DNA of 64,000 nucleotides from Emiliania huxleyi CCMP1516 (Eukaryota): NCBI RefSeq assembly GCF_000372725.1, contig NW_005202428.1, positions 186,001 to 250,000 of the forward strand, read 5' to 3'. Shown piece by piece: positions 37,361 to 48,909 of this stretch (position 1 is its first letter; each line of letters starts with the position of its first letter). The notes under the pieces were generated by a model. It saw only the letters and a program-made list of their open reading frames with translations, ran no database searches and was not told where the DNA came from. The position numbers and the translations under genes were made by a program.

Positions 37361-38068
37361 TGATGTGCGTGATGTGTGCGTGCGTGAGTGTGACCCGTCT
37401 GTGCGGTCGCGTGTGCGAGGCTCCGGCTGACGGGAGGGAGGGCAGACACCTCGAACGTGTGCCTCCCTCCTGTCACGCAGTCCCACCAAAGGGTGAGCCA
37501 GACGCCGCCTACCAGGAGGCGTCGCCGCGTCGCGGAGGTGTGCCGGTGGCCTCGCGTGTGGGGGGTACACGAGCGCGACGCCGGTGCTGCAGCTGTCGAC
37601 GGTCCAGTTGTACCCGGCCGTCTTGAAGAACAGTGAGTCCGAGAACCACTCTGCATCCTGCAGGGTCAGCAGGCCCTCGCCTGCGACGTTGTCCTCCATC
37701 CACCTTGTCACAGGCAGTTGGACGCCTCATGGACGTGTCGAGGACATCGCCTTGCAACCCAGCGGCGCGACCCACCAGACGCCATCGTAGGCGGTCCGGC
37801 GCTTTGTTGAAGCGCGCTCGAGCATTCTTCCGAAGGCCGCCTCCGGCTTTGTGAGCCGAAAGCTGTCCGTGGGGCAGCAGCAAGGCAGGTCAAAGGCGGC
37901 GCGGCAGCAGGGACCGACGCACAGGCAGCTAGAGTTGATCACACAGCGCGCGAGCCTCGCGGAGCAGCTCGAGCCGATCTGCGGCGGGTTGTAAACGGGC
38001 TTCCAGCCGGCCGCCTTGAGCTCGAACGCTGCCCACTCCTCGGGTGTCACCAGAGCGGTGTCCATCAC
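36444..38068 (-). CDS. Hypothetical multi-exon protein
   Basis: Protein-like exons (YDGVWWVAPLGCK / VTRWMEDNVAGEGLLTLQDAEWFSDSLFF / GANWIYVLQEG) separated by microsatellite-filled introns; 3' end uncertain. Confidence 0.5.
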
Positions 38069-38539
38069 GGTGTGCCGATGTGAGAGCGTCGCTCGCGAGC
38101 CGCTGCCGAAAGCGCGCCCAGGGTTCGGCTCCTATTTAGATACGGGATCTGATTCGCGCCAAAACGCCCTACCTACCTACCTATTGCGGGCGCCAACCGC
38201 CAGGCTCCGTGCCCCACCTACCTACCTATTGCGGGGCCGCGCAGCGAGAAGCGAAAAATACCCGTTGAGCCCTCTGTGAATAGGCTCCCAGCGCCCGCCG
38301 CGCCGGGCTTGTACCGCGGTGCGGCGCCGCTCGCGAGCCCGCCAGAGCATGGCCTACTGGGCTCTCGAGGCGTTGGACGGCTCCAAAACGGCACTCTCTT
38401 CCCTCGACAGTCCCGCCGCGAGCCCGCGAGCGAAGCGGTTCCCCCCCCCCCCCCATCTAATAAAAATGAACACAACACTCGCCGCGCCCGCCACTAACGG
38501 CCGAGGCGCGCTCAGAAGTGGTGGACAGGGGGTCCCTGG

Positions 38540-38907
38540 CTACCGATAGCTGAAGGGCTCGGAGTCGGCGCGCTGGCACACCCTGGAAAGGGCGGTAGTG
38601 ATGGCGGGCAGGGCGAGGCCGCCGAGGGCGAGGGCGAACGCCTCCCACCTGCGGCAATCCACAGTCATCGAGGATCTTCACTGGACTCATCGAGGGTGGC
38701 GGCTCGGGAGTGGTTTGGCGGCACCGAATCAGTCCTCGAAGTAGCAGCAGCGATGGCACCCCGATGATGCCGGTCGCAAAAAAGGCGAAGCCAAACTCCG
38801 CCCAGTGACGGCCCTTTGGCGTGTCTGAGAACAGGCTGTCGCCGGCACACGCGCGCAGCAGCAAACAGGGAATGGCCGCAAGGACAAGCGGGACGAGGAG
38901 CAGGAGG
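38540..38907 (-). CDS. Vps55/OB-RGRP-like membrane protein, C-terminal part (5' end in gap)
   Basis: LVLAAIPCLL...HWAEFGFAFFATGIIGVPSLL...GLI(R)WEAFALALGG; GT-AG intron 38649-38724. Confidence 0.65.
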
Positions 38908-39210
38908 NNNNNNNNNNNNNNNNNNNNNNNNNNNNNNNNNNNNNNNNNNNNNNNNNNNNNNNNNNNNNNNNNNNNNNNNNNNNNNNNNNNNNNNNNNNNN
39001 NNNNNNNGCTTGATCCAAATTTCGCCGAAGAAGCGGGCACCGGGGGCACGCCGGGATGAATCCGCACCGATCCCATTGTTCGGCACCGCGACGGCGAGCC
39101 GCCGCGGGCCCACAGGAGGGCTCGGAGCCGCGGCACCGGTCCGCGCCGCCAGCGGGGCGTGTTTTACCAGCCTACAACCTGCCCGACATGGCAGTTGCGA
39201 CGGCGTCTTT

Positions 39211-39244
<34 letters not shown>

Positions 39245-39321
39245 GGGGCGACGCAAAAGAAAAGAAAAGCAGAAAAAGAATTTAAAAAAAGAATTTTGCC
39301 GATGCAGTCGACGCTCGCAGC

Positions 39322-42300
39322 ATGGTCGATACACGTGTGTGGGCCATTGGCGACCTCGAGGCCCCGGGCGCGCTCGAGCGGACGCTCCAGCGCGTGAGCC
39401 GGCCGCCGGACGTCGGCTGTACCCCGTCCGCCTCGTGCTCCGCGCAGCGCGAGCTCATCCTCCTCCACGCGAACCACCGCCGGCTGCGCCTCCTCGTCAA
39501 CCTGGCCGCCCAGCTCCGCGCGTTGCGACTCGACCACACCCTCGCGCTCGGCTTCGGCGCGTCGCTCTGCGACGCGCTGCGCCGCGCGGCGCAGCCTCTC
39601 GCCTGCGCGCACTCGAGCTACATGCAGCGAGGTGCGCTGGCCGAGGCCGCCGCACAGCTGCCGTCCAAGCACATCGCGTGGCTGCAACGGTGGTACTACC
39701 TGCGGCGGCTGCTCGAGGCGAACGTGCGCGTCGTCGCCCTCGACACCGACATGGCCATCACCGCTGACCCGTTCCCGCTCTTGCGTGACCCGGCGTGGCT
39801 GGGCGCGCGACGGGCTCGTCACGGCGCACGACTTCTCAAGGACACGTCCGGGACAGGTCGTGGACATGCCCCACAGGCGCGTACCAGCTCGTCACGACGT
39901 ACGACTTCAAGGGCGGCTTCGCAAACACAAACATCGGCTTCGTCTGCCTGCAGAATGCGACGCGCGGCGGCCCGGTGCACGCGCTCTTCGGCGAGTTCGA
40001 GGCGCGGGTCGCTCGCTCGCTCCCACGAACTAGTGAAACGGCAAGCACTAACTAGCCATGCACTACTTCGAGCCAGACTGCGCTAACCGTATCTTTAGGC
40101 GCGGGTCGCTCGCTCGCTCGCCGTCACGCCGCCTCGCGAGCAGACTGCGCGGTTCGTGACGCAGTACATCTGGGACCAGAACCTGTTCAACAAGGTGCTC
40201 CTCTCGGCGCTGGCGGGCCACGCGGCCTACCTGCCCGACCGCGCCAACGCCGCCTGGACCGCTGCAAACCGCGCCAAGCTGCGCGCGCGAAACCACTGGC
40301 TGCAAGTCGACCCGCCCCTCGCGCCCCCTGGCTGGCTGGGCAGCAGCGGAAAGTACTTCCCGCGCGCGCCGCGCCTGTACGGGCGCAGGCCGTGGGTGCC
40401 GATGCGGTACGGCGCCTTGTGGGCTGCGCTGCCGACGGCGCCGCCGGTCGCCGCGGCGGGCGAGGCGAGCTGCCGCAGCGGCGGAGCGCCGGCGTATTGC
40501 GGCGGCGGGTCGGAGCGGGTGCTTCTCGCCCCGGCGTGGCTGGTTGCGATGGAGCAGGGCTTGGGGCACAGCCTCAAGGCCGAGGACTACGGCGCGCGGC
40601 CTCTCCCGGCCTAGGACCTAGGGCTAGTAGTAGGTGGCGAGGGAGTAGCGAGGAGCTTGTAGTCTGGCTTCGGCGAGTCGAACCCCTCTGCCTGTCTAGG
40701 AGCGCGGCCTTGCCCCGCCGTGATCGTCCACTTCTCTGCCTGTCTAGGAGCGCGGCCTTGCCCCGCCGTGATCGTCCACTTCACCTGCACGACCCAGACG
40801 GAGCCGCCCCCCCCCCCCCACAAAGCTTTACGTGACAGAGTGATTTTAAAAAAAGGGGTGTGGTGCGCTAGCCGTCGCCCACCCTTGTGAGTTCACTCAT
40901 ACGCACGGGGGCGTATCGCGACTATATACACCCAGCCTAGTTAGGAGCCTGACCGACCCCTCGGGTCCCGGGGCTCACCGACGGCCGGNNNNNNNNNNNN
41001 NNNNNNNNNNNNNNNNNNNNNNNNNNNNNNNNNNNNNNNNNNNNNNNNNNNNNNNNNNNNNNNNNNNNNNNNNNNNNNNNNNNNNNNNGGGGGTGGGAGA
41101 CGGGGTGGGCGAGGGGGTGGGCGGGGAGGCATCTGCGCCGGACACGCCGTCCACGACGACGCTCGCGCAGCCGTGCGGCCAAGCAGGCGCGGTCCGGCGC
41201 GTCGCCGGCGGCAGAGGCCAGAGCGGCGGCACCGGATCGGGTCTGGTGGGGCTGGTGGACGGGCAAGCGTCGCAGCCGCTGCCGCCGCAGCCGTGGGAGA
41301 GCTTGAATGCTGTCCACGCCGTCCTCGGCGGGCTCGCTACGCTCACCGGTCGCGCGCTCGCCATGCCCGCACCCCAACCCTAGAAGCCGGAAGGCGCACG
41401 CACTCTTGTCTTCCGACCGGCGCTCGGGAGGAGGCGTACTCAGCTGTACTCCGCCGTATTCCGCTGTACTCACTGTCTTCGTGGCCCTCGGACTCGCGCG
41501 GCGCTCCGAAGACTCTGCACAAGACCGTACCCCCGCCCTGAGGTTGGCGTATTCAGCACGTAGGCCCTCAACTGCACCGACGTCGCGAAGGGCCAGGTCG
41601 CCCGCCGCTCCCCCGGCCGCGGCGAGATCACCCGAGATTTCCCGAGGTCACCCGAGGTCGGCCGAGATCAGGTGGCCCGCCGCTCCCTCGGCCGCGAGGA
41701 GAGCCTCTCCTCGCGCTGCTTCTGGCACCTGCACACCGCCCACGGACGGCGGTGCGTGCTGCGGATTGGCTCGTGCGAGCAGCCGCCCCTCGCCACCCCT
41801 GCCGAGGCGGAGGCCGCACTCGCCGCCGCGCCGCGCCCGCCGCCCGCCCGCCCGCTCGACCTCTCGAAGCCGGTCGATCCGGCGGCGGTCGAGGCGCGGT
41901 GCCGAGACACCTCCGAGACACTTCTGCGACACCTCCGAGAGACCTCCGAGACACCTCCGAGACACGCCTCCGACACACCTCCGACACACCTCCGACACAC
42001 CTCCGACACACCTCCGACACTTGCTGCGCCGCACCGGGGCGCCCCACTGCCTCCTACCCGTTGGCGCATCCGCACCCTCCTCTGGTGACACATCGCGCAC
42101 ACACGCCCACGACACGCCGCGACGCGTCTGCCGGCGCCGCCGCTCGCGCTTGCGGCGGCCTCTCAGAGAGGTGTCCGAGCCGCCCCCGACCTCTCCGCCC
42201 CGGCACTGTCCCCGCAGGCCATCCTCGCCGCGCGCGCGGGCGACGAGCCGATGCTGCTCGTCTCGCTGCGGCTGCCTCCGCCCTCCGCGCTGCCGGGCGC

Positions 42301-42466
42301 GGCGCGGCGCGATCCCGCTAGCCAGGGCGTGCTCGACGCCGCGGCTGCCAACGCCGCGCCGCACCCCGCGCTGTCACGGGCGATCCGCGGCTTCCGGCGA
42401 GGCTGCTCCGACCTCACCCGGCGGTCGCGCCGCAACAAGAACGAGTGCAACAACATCTGCGAGTAG
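39322..42466 (+). CDS. Nucleotide-diphospho-sugar transferase (GT77-like), interrupted near 40.8 kb by a retroelement end and a gap
   Basis: VVALDTDMAITADPFP (DxD), NTNIGFVCLQ, WDQNLFNKVL and VIVHFTC. After the gap, VLGGLATLTGRALAMP-ALNC resembles the XEG113-type C-terminal region. Linkage across the gap is inferred. Confidence 0.75.
40842..40988 (-). mobile_element. 3' region of CRE-like retroelement (inverted relative to 46983-47126), running into the gap
   Basis: Reverse complement aligns with 46983-47126. Confidence 0.82.
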
Positions 42467-43238
42467 CAGGCCGGCCGGAGGCCCGGAGGGGAGAAGAAGT
42501 GGCTGATGAATTAAAAAGCCATATCTTTTGGAGTTCCACTACCCGGATGTGCTTACTCCACCGTATATCAAAAAAGATGTCAGGTGGTCGCATAAGAGTT
42601 CCATATCGCGCGCCTTTGCGGGGGAAATGAAAAAGTCAAGGTGGGTCGGCGGTCGAGCCCAAGCGCCAAGGCTAACCTCGGAAACGGAATGTGGAAGCAG
42701 TATGGCTGTGCTCGCTCCTACACAGCCATCTTACCTAAGGATGGCTGAGCTAGCTGCAGTGCCAGTGCGAGGGGGGCACTTGGAGCACTTGGAGTGCAGT
42801 CAGTAACCTCTCCAGGAGCTAAGCGCACCCAGTGTAGTACCGAAATTCTTCTCTCACGGCGTCGGGTTCGCCCGGGGGGGCAATCAGGCCGAAACCCTTG
42901 AGTGTCAAATTGTCAGGACCGATGTCCGAACTGACCTCGATCGCTATCGACCCGGTCGAGGCGGTGCCAGCTGGCACGCCTGCGCTGCAGCGCGCGGTCG
43001 CACAGGAGGACTGCGTGCGCATCGGCCGCGCCACCAATGGACAAACTGTCAAGAAGCCAGGCGAGTGGATCTCGCGTGGGTATCAGGCGGAGCTGCCAGT
43101 CACGGGCGGCTCCGTAACCGCACATCCAGGGCGTGACAGAATGAAAAAAAGGAGGGAGCATTGGCCGGAGGACAACAGCGCAAACGAGAAGGCGGCCTAC
43201 CCCTTCGCTCGCCGTGCCAGCCTTCGCCTTGCCGCGCC

Positions 43239-44492
43239 ATGCTAGGTGTCCTCGCGATCACCGTCTTCGCCTCAAACGACCATTCCTTCCCTCACCCGAA
43301 TTGCAACCTCGCCTGCGGCCAAACGCCGACCATACTGAACACCAAAAAAACGCTTGGGACCGCTAAGCCCGGAGTGTGCTACAACTGCTGGAACAAGGAG
43401 TGGTGCCCATCTGACGCCGACATTATCGATCACTGCTGCCCTTTTTGGGACAACTGCTGCTACGAGTACGACTGCTATTGCGCCAAAGATTGCCCGGATC
43501 ACTGGATCGGCGACGGCACGTGCGACTCTGCGTGCAACAATATTGCCTGCAGCTTCAATGGGCAGCCCGATGGCGGCGACTGCGCCCCGGCGCCACCGCC
43601 TTCACCGGTCGTGTGCGTGCCGACCGTCGAAGGAACGGAGGGATACTGGGTGCCAGTCGCATCTTGCGCCACGTCAGAGCCGTGCGAGTTCGCCGAGGAA
43701 GTCGGCACCAGTTCCTCGAGCCAGCAGGAGTCTATCACCTCGTGGCAAAACGACGTTCAGAACTCGATCAGGAACGGCCTCGATGTCCGCCTCGGAATTG
43801 GCGTCTCGGCTGGCAAGGGCAAGGCCGTCGGCGGACCCTCTGTCAAGGGCTCTCTGGCAGTCGGGTACAGTCGGTCGAAGTCTTTCACCGGAGCTACAGC
43901 GTCGGCTCTGTCTACGCTCGCATCGCAAAGCTTCCAAACGTCGTATCGTAAGGCTTTCACACGCAAGTTTACCGGTGTGCTTTGGCAGTTTCAATTTGCC
44001 GTAAACGACGCCTGTGGCGGTGCAACTATCATGGCGGATCACGCCGCAGAAACAGCAAACGCAGCTGAGCCCCCCTGCTGCATTCCTACCTTCACGAAGA
44101 TCCCTGAACGCGCCCATGGCGCCTGCACAGGGATCGACGCGTGTCTCACGAACGCGGGGGGCTGCGACGAGGCGAAGTGCACCGAAGACTACAACCCCCC
44201 TGCGGGCAACCGGGTCGCCGACTACAACCCCCCGCCGGCAACAGAGGACGACGATGTTGAGATCGGTCCGATCGTTGGGGGGATAGTTGGAGGCGTCGCC
44301 GCTATCCTCGTCTTTATCCTCGCCCTGGTCTACATCCTCAAGAAAAAGCGCGCCGAAGCTGAGGAGCCAAAGATACCGCCCGTCTCCGTTGGCGTTGAGG
44401 TGCATACCGCTGCTGCGGCCCCGCCCTCGGCCTCGTCCTCTGCCGCCGAAGTCGTCCCGCCTTCGACGTGCTCGGCGCGGCTGTCGACCTGA
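43239..44492 (+). CDS. Type I membrane protein: signal peptide, LNR (Notch-like) repeat, Ser/Thr-rich aerolysin-like segment, TM helix
   Basis: CPDHWIGDGTCDSACNNIAC...DGGDC; EEVGTSSSSQQESITSW...GIGVSAG...VKGSLAVGYSRS...LWQFQFAV; IVGGIVGGVAAILVFILALVYIL-KKKR. Confidence 0.75.
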   Translation: MLGVLAITVFASNDHSFPHPNCNLACGQTPTILNTKKTLGTAKPGVCYNCWNKEWCPSDADIIDHCCPFWDNCCYEYDCYCAKDCPDHWIGDGTCDSACNNIACSFNGQPDGGDCAPAPPPSPVVCVPTVEGTEGYWVPVASCATSEPCEFAEEVGTSSSSQQESITSWQNDVQNSIRNGLDVRLGIGVSAGKGKAVGGPSVKGSLAVGYSRSKSFTGATASALSTLASQSFQTSYRKAFTRKFTGVLWQFQFAVNDACGGATIMADHAAETANAAEPPCCIPTFTKIPERAHGACTGIDACLTNAGGCDEAKCTEDYNPPAGNRVADYNPPPATEDDDVEIGPIVGGIVGGVAAILVFILALVYILKKKRAEAEEPKIPPVSVGVEVHTAAAAPPSASSSAAEVVPPSTCSARLST

Positions 44493-45433
44493 GAACGCGT
44501 TGATCGACCGCTCGCGAATTCGAGTCCAAGTATCTCCCGCGTCAAGGGTGCTGCTCGCGTTCCAGAGGGCGTTCTAGTGGGAGCGATGCCCCGCCGCTTT
44601 GTGCGCATGCGCCGCTTGTACTCTCTAGTGCGAGGAGGCCCCGCCCGCTGTGTGCGCGCATGTGCCGCTTAGTAACGTTGGTGTCTACGCTACAGGAGAG
44701 GAGGGAGACGCCATGCGAAACGCGCGAGAGAGGGCGCTGGTGATCTGTGATCTGTGAGGGTCCGCCCGCAGGCGCATTTTGTATACCGAGGCGGTGTGCC
44801 CGGTGCCGAACCTGTCGGACCCTAAGACAGCGTTGTAGATCCCTGTTTGGCGGGAGGGCCGCCAGAGACAGAGGTTCGGTTCCCGCCATGGCCGCTCCAG
44901 CTTCCACCACCCTTCGGGTCGCCCACCGCCGCCGCGCCTAGCGCCGCGCCAATACGAATACCCACCCAAGCAAGGAAGGGCGTGCTCGCCTGCAGCTACC
45001 CGGTCTCGTGACGTGCGCGTCGAGCGCACACCCACCGCAAGCTCTCTCGTGAGCCGGCCACAAGCTCGTCAGACCTGGCGCTCGGGGCTCAGAAACGCGC
45101 AGGGATCAGCCACGTTTTTCTTTTGCTCTGGCTCGTCTCCACGCTGGTGCTCGCCCTGCCGCCACACTAGCAGCGCGCCTCTCGTGCGCTCCCTCCTAGT
45201 GTGCCACCGCGGGTGCTGGCCGGCCCGGTCGCGTCGAGCGCACCCGCCGCAAGCCTCTCTCACGACAGAGAGGGCGTGCAGGGGGAGAGAAGGGCGTGCG
45301 CGACGGCCACCCCGGCAGCGAGGGCCTCGCTCTCTCGGCTGTTGCCCAGCCGTCCGGCGGCACCTTCACGCCCATACGCCCAGAGTGCTCGAGGACCGAC
45401 CGCCCCATCCGCGTGCCCCCTGTGTCCTCAGCC

Positions 45434-45631
45434 ATGGCGCCGAAGAAGGAGGACCCGAAGAAGAGCGCCAAGAGCAGCGGCGGCGGCAAGGCCAAGAAGA
45501 AGAAGTGGTCGAAGGGCAAGGTGAAGGAGAAGCTGTCGAACCTGGTGCTGTTCGACAAGATCACGTACAAGATGCTCGCCGACGTCCCCAAGCTCAAGCT
45601 CATCACCCCCTCCATCATCTCCGAGAAGCTC
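45434..45631 (+). pseudogene. RPS25: Truncated intronless 40S ribosomal protein S25 copy
   Basis: MAPKK...[51 protein letters not shown]; the C-terminal third is missing and replaced in frame by retroelement sequence. Confidence 0.9.
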
Positions 45632-47195
45632 TCGGGCTGCACCACCAACGTCAACCCGCTCGGCGCGCAGCTGGGGCAGCTGACGCCGACGGGCGAGTCC
45701 TTCAAGACGGCGTGGGAGGGCACAAACATGCAGCGCGAGGTCCGCGGCGAGGGCGTCGCGGGGCCTCTCGATCTCCGGGCTCCCGAGGCTGGCAACGGGC
45801 GGGCCGGCAGCGCTGGGCTACAGCGGCAGCTGACGCAGCAGCGGGAGCAGGTCAAGCGCAACCAGCTCAGCCGCAGCATCCTCGGGCTGCCGCACGGCGA
45901 CACGCGGCGGGAGGCGTGGCTGGCCGTCGACTCGTTCTTGTCCGCGTGGGTGAGCTCATGGCCCTCGGCTCAGAACCGGTGCGAGGCGCGCGAGTTCCGC
46001 GAGATCTTCTGCACCTACCTCGGCCGGGAGAGCCCAGCCGTGCGCGCGCTCGCTGGCAAGAGCATCGCCTGCTCCGGCCGCGGCCCTCCTCGAGTCTGCG
46101 ATGCCTTTGGCGTCCAGCTGGGCTTGGCGACGCTCAACGACCGCGCCCACGGCAACTGCCACGACGACATCTTCTCACGCGTGATCGGTGATGCGCTGCA
46201 CGCGGGGCTGCGCGGCAAGGAGGAGCCGCGCGAGATCTTCAGCGCCGTCATCCCGCCTGTCACACTCAACGGCACAGCTGGCACGCGCGGCAAGAACGGC
46301 ATCGTGCCGGATGGGCGCCTGCACTGCAAGCTGCGCGAGTCCCGCACGGCACGCGCTGCACGGGCACACGAGGCCAGGCGCATCCGTCTGTCCGGTGGCG
46401 CGGCACGACAGTGCAGCGCGGGCCCGAGCAGCCACCGGCGGAGCACCTTCTCGAGGGCAAGACCATCCACCGCGGCGGGCCTCACTACATGAGCGCTCGG
46501 GCGCGCGACGATGGCCAGGGCGGCGCTGTCGCCGACAGGGCGAACCTGGTCCAGCGCGACTATGAGGCGCGGGCGGCGGCGCTCGATGCCAAGCCGCACG
46601 TGCAGGCATGGAACAACGGCTCGAGGGGCGCCGTGTCCTCCGTGCTGCGCTCGTTTGGCACCGATCCACCTGGTGCAGGCTGCGCTCACACAGACTGTGG
46701 TGGAGTCGGCATCCAAGCAGCACTGGAGGCGGATCGGCGCGCGTAGCGCGAAGGAGGCGCGGTCCTACTTCGCTACGAAGCTGCGGCGGGCGTGGGGCGT
46801 GCACTTTGCGCGCGAGTTCGCGCGCGGCACCGCATCCGACGCGTGGGTGGTGTTCGTGGGGGCCCCGCGGCGACAGCCGGGCAGGCCTCTCGCGACGGCC
46901 GATGGAGACTGGCCAGCGCTGTCGGCGGGCGAGTTTGCGGCGCACGCGCTGCGCGTAGGCGGCGCGTGGGCGGGCGGCCCGCCCGGCCGTCGGTGAGCAC
47001 CGGACGCGAGGGGTCGGTCGGCTCCTAACTAGCTGTGTGTATATAGTCGCGATCTGCCGGCGTGCGTATGAGTGAGCTCACAAGGGTGGGCGACGGCTAG
47101 CGCACCACACCCCTCTTCTTAAAATCCCTGTGTGGTTGGTGGCGGCGTGCCGTCCTCCCATCCCTCCCTAATCTTTGCTTTCTTTCTTTTCTTTT
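45632..47195 (+). mobile_element. 5'-truncated CRE-like non-LTR retrotransposon (restriction-like endonuclease region + 3' UTR, (TTTC)n tail), frameshifted
   Basis: SAWVSSWP...[10 protein letters not shown]...C...CDAFG...HDDI...AGLRGKEEP...IVPDG pattern; the 3' UTR recurs elsewhere in the window. Confidence 0.72.
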
Positions 47196-47512
47196 GAGCT
47201 CACTAGCTAGAGCTCACACTAGAGGCCGTCATCGCATTCGCCTTCCTGGGACCCAGCGCTGACTTCTGACTGTCGTTGCTGTCTCTCCCCCTTCTCTCGA
47301 CTGTCTGTTCTTGCGCGTCTTGACTCCGGGGTTCTGGGCCAAAGGATATCCACCTCGAGAACCTCGAGAAGGAGAGAGAGAATTATAAAATTCTCTCTCT
47401 CTCTCTCTCTCTCTCCTCGAGAAGGCTGTGAAGACTGGGCCGGGCACGCGCGGGCTCGCGAGGCTGGGTCTCCGAGGCCCAGCACCCCTGGACAGATCGA
47501 TCAGCGCGCGCG

Positions 47513-48787
47513 ATGTGGCCCGACGCCTCGCTCCACGAGGTCCGCGACTCCGGCGAGAGAGGCCGCGGCCTCTTTGCGACGCGAGGGTTTGCCGCCGGGT
47601 CGCCGGTCCTGTGCGAGGCGGCGCTCGCCTCTTCTCCGCTGCCCGCGCCTTCGTCGGACGCATCCTCGTGGCTCGTCGCCGCGTCGCTCGCGCGAGTGCT
47701 CTTGGAGCGTGGCCTGGCCGGCAAGACGCGTGGCCTTGAGCCGCGATCAGCGATCGAGACTTCGGCCGACGCCGAGGAGGCGGAGGCAGTCGCTGCGCTG
47801 CGCGAGGCAGCCGCGGCAGCGAGCGAGCCGGCCGAGGAGGCGCGCCGGCTTCTGCACGTCGTCGCCCGCAACGCGTTTGCGCTGCTGGACGAGCAGGCGC
47901 TCTGCCCATGCGCTGCGATGATCAACCACAGCTGCTCGCCCAACGCCACGCAGACCGGGTTTCGCACGCCGGACGGCGCGCTCTGTGTCTGCGTCCGAGC
48001 CGTAACCGCCATCGAACCGGGCGAGGAGGTCGTCATCAGCTATGTGGCCGACCTGACGGCGCCGCCGGCGGAGCGCGCCCTCGCGCTGGCGCCGCACCCG
48101 TTCGGACCGACGCCGCGAGGCTGCGACCGCGCCCTCGAGGAGTGGCTGGTTGCAGAGGGGGAGGCGAGGTGCGCTGCCTACCACAGTATCCGGCCATCGT
48201 CACAGCTCAGTAGCAATAACTCTAACCACAGGACAGACCAGCCGCTGATACTCCGCCACGCCGCCCCGGCCGAGCCGCGCCACCAGCCTCCGCGTATTTC
48301 TTTTGCGCGAGCGTTTTCGTTTTTCTCCAGGCGCGCTGCGGCCGAGCCGCGCCTCCGAGCCATGTCCGACGCCGCCGACGCGGCGTGGGAGGCCGCCCAC
48401 GCGGCGGGCGACGAGGCGGAGCGGCGGCGGCAGCTGATGACCAGCGCGGCGCACTACGGCCAGCTGCTGCAGCTGTCCGACGGCCTGCTCGGGGCCCACC
48501 ACACGCTACTCCTCGTCGCGCGGGGTCGCCTCGCGCACGTGATGACTGTCTCGGGCGCGCAGCGCTCCTGCGCCAACGCGCTGCCGCTCTGGCGGTCCCA
48601 TCTTGCGGCCACTCGCCGCTGCTGCCCCCCGAATTGGCCGCACTTGCTCCCGTGCCTGCGAGGGGGGCGCGACGCGGCTGCGCGCGCAGGAGACAGCACC
48701 GCGGCAGCCGAGTTTGAGGCGGAGCTCCACCGCGTCCTCGACGTGCTCAAGCCGAAGTGTTTGGACGTCACCGGCGGGCCGGGGTGA
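47513..48787 (+). CDS. SET-domain (SMYD-like) protein-lysine methyltransferase
   Basis: RGRGLFATR, AAMINHSCSPNA and IEPGEEVVISY; probable intron 48169-48329. Confidence 0.88.
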   Translation: MWPDASLHEVRDSGERGRGLFATRGFAAGSPVLCEAALASSPLPAPSSDASSWLVAASLARVLLERGLAGKTRGLEPRSAIETSADAEEAEAVAALREAAAAASEPAEEARRLLHVVARNAFALLDEQALCPCAAMINHSCSPNATQTGFRTPDGALCVCVRAVTAIEPGEEVVISYVADLTAPPAERALALAPHPFGPTPRGCDRALEEWLVAEGEARCAAYHSIRPSSQLSSNNSNHRTDQPLILRHAAPAEPRHQPPRISFARAFSFFSRRAAAEPRLRAMSDAADAAWEAAHAAGDEAERRRQLMTSAAHYGQLLQLSDGLLGAHHTLLLVARGRLAHVMTVSGAQRSCANALPLWRSHLAATRRCCPPNWPHLLPCLRGGRDAAARAGDSTAAAEFEAELHRVLDVLKPKCLDVTGGPG

Positions 48788-48909
48788 TTGGTTTTGAATA
48801 AGCAAGACAAAACAACCGGCGTGACACAATTACAAAAAGACCTGGGCTGGAGGCAGGCGATGCTCCCTCGTACCATCACCGGAGGCTCCGGCATCGACAC
48901 GGGCGTCAC

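Noticed and set aside
38120..38275. Small MITE with CCTA repeats
   Set aside because: The terminal inverted match is poor and there is no TSD.
42500..42640. Hammerhead ribozyme at CTGATGA
   Set aside because: No stem II followed by GAAA, and no matching stems I and III.
40842..47126. 6.3-kb element with ~145-bp TIRs
   Set aside because: The inverted repeat is the retroelement 3' region found elsewhere, the copies are diverged, there is no TSD, and a gap intervenes.
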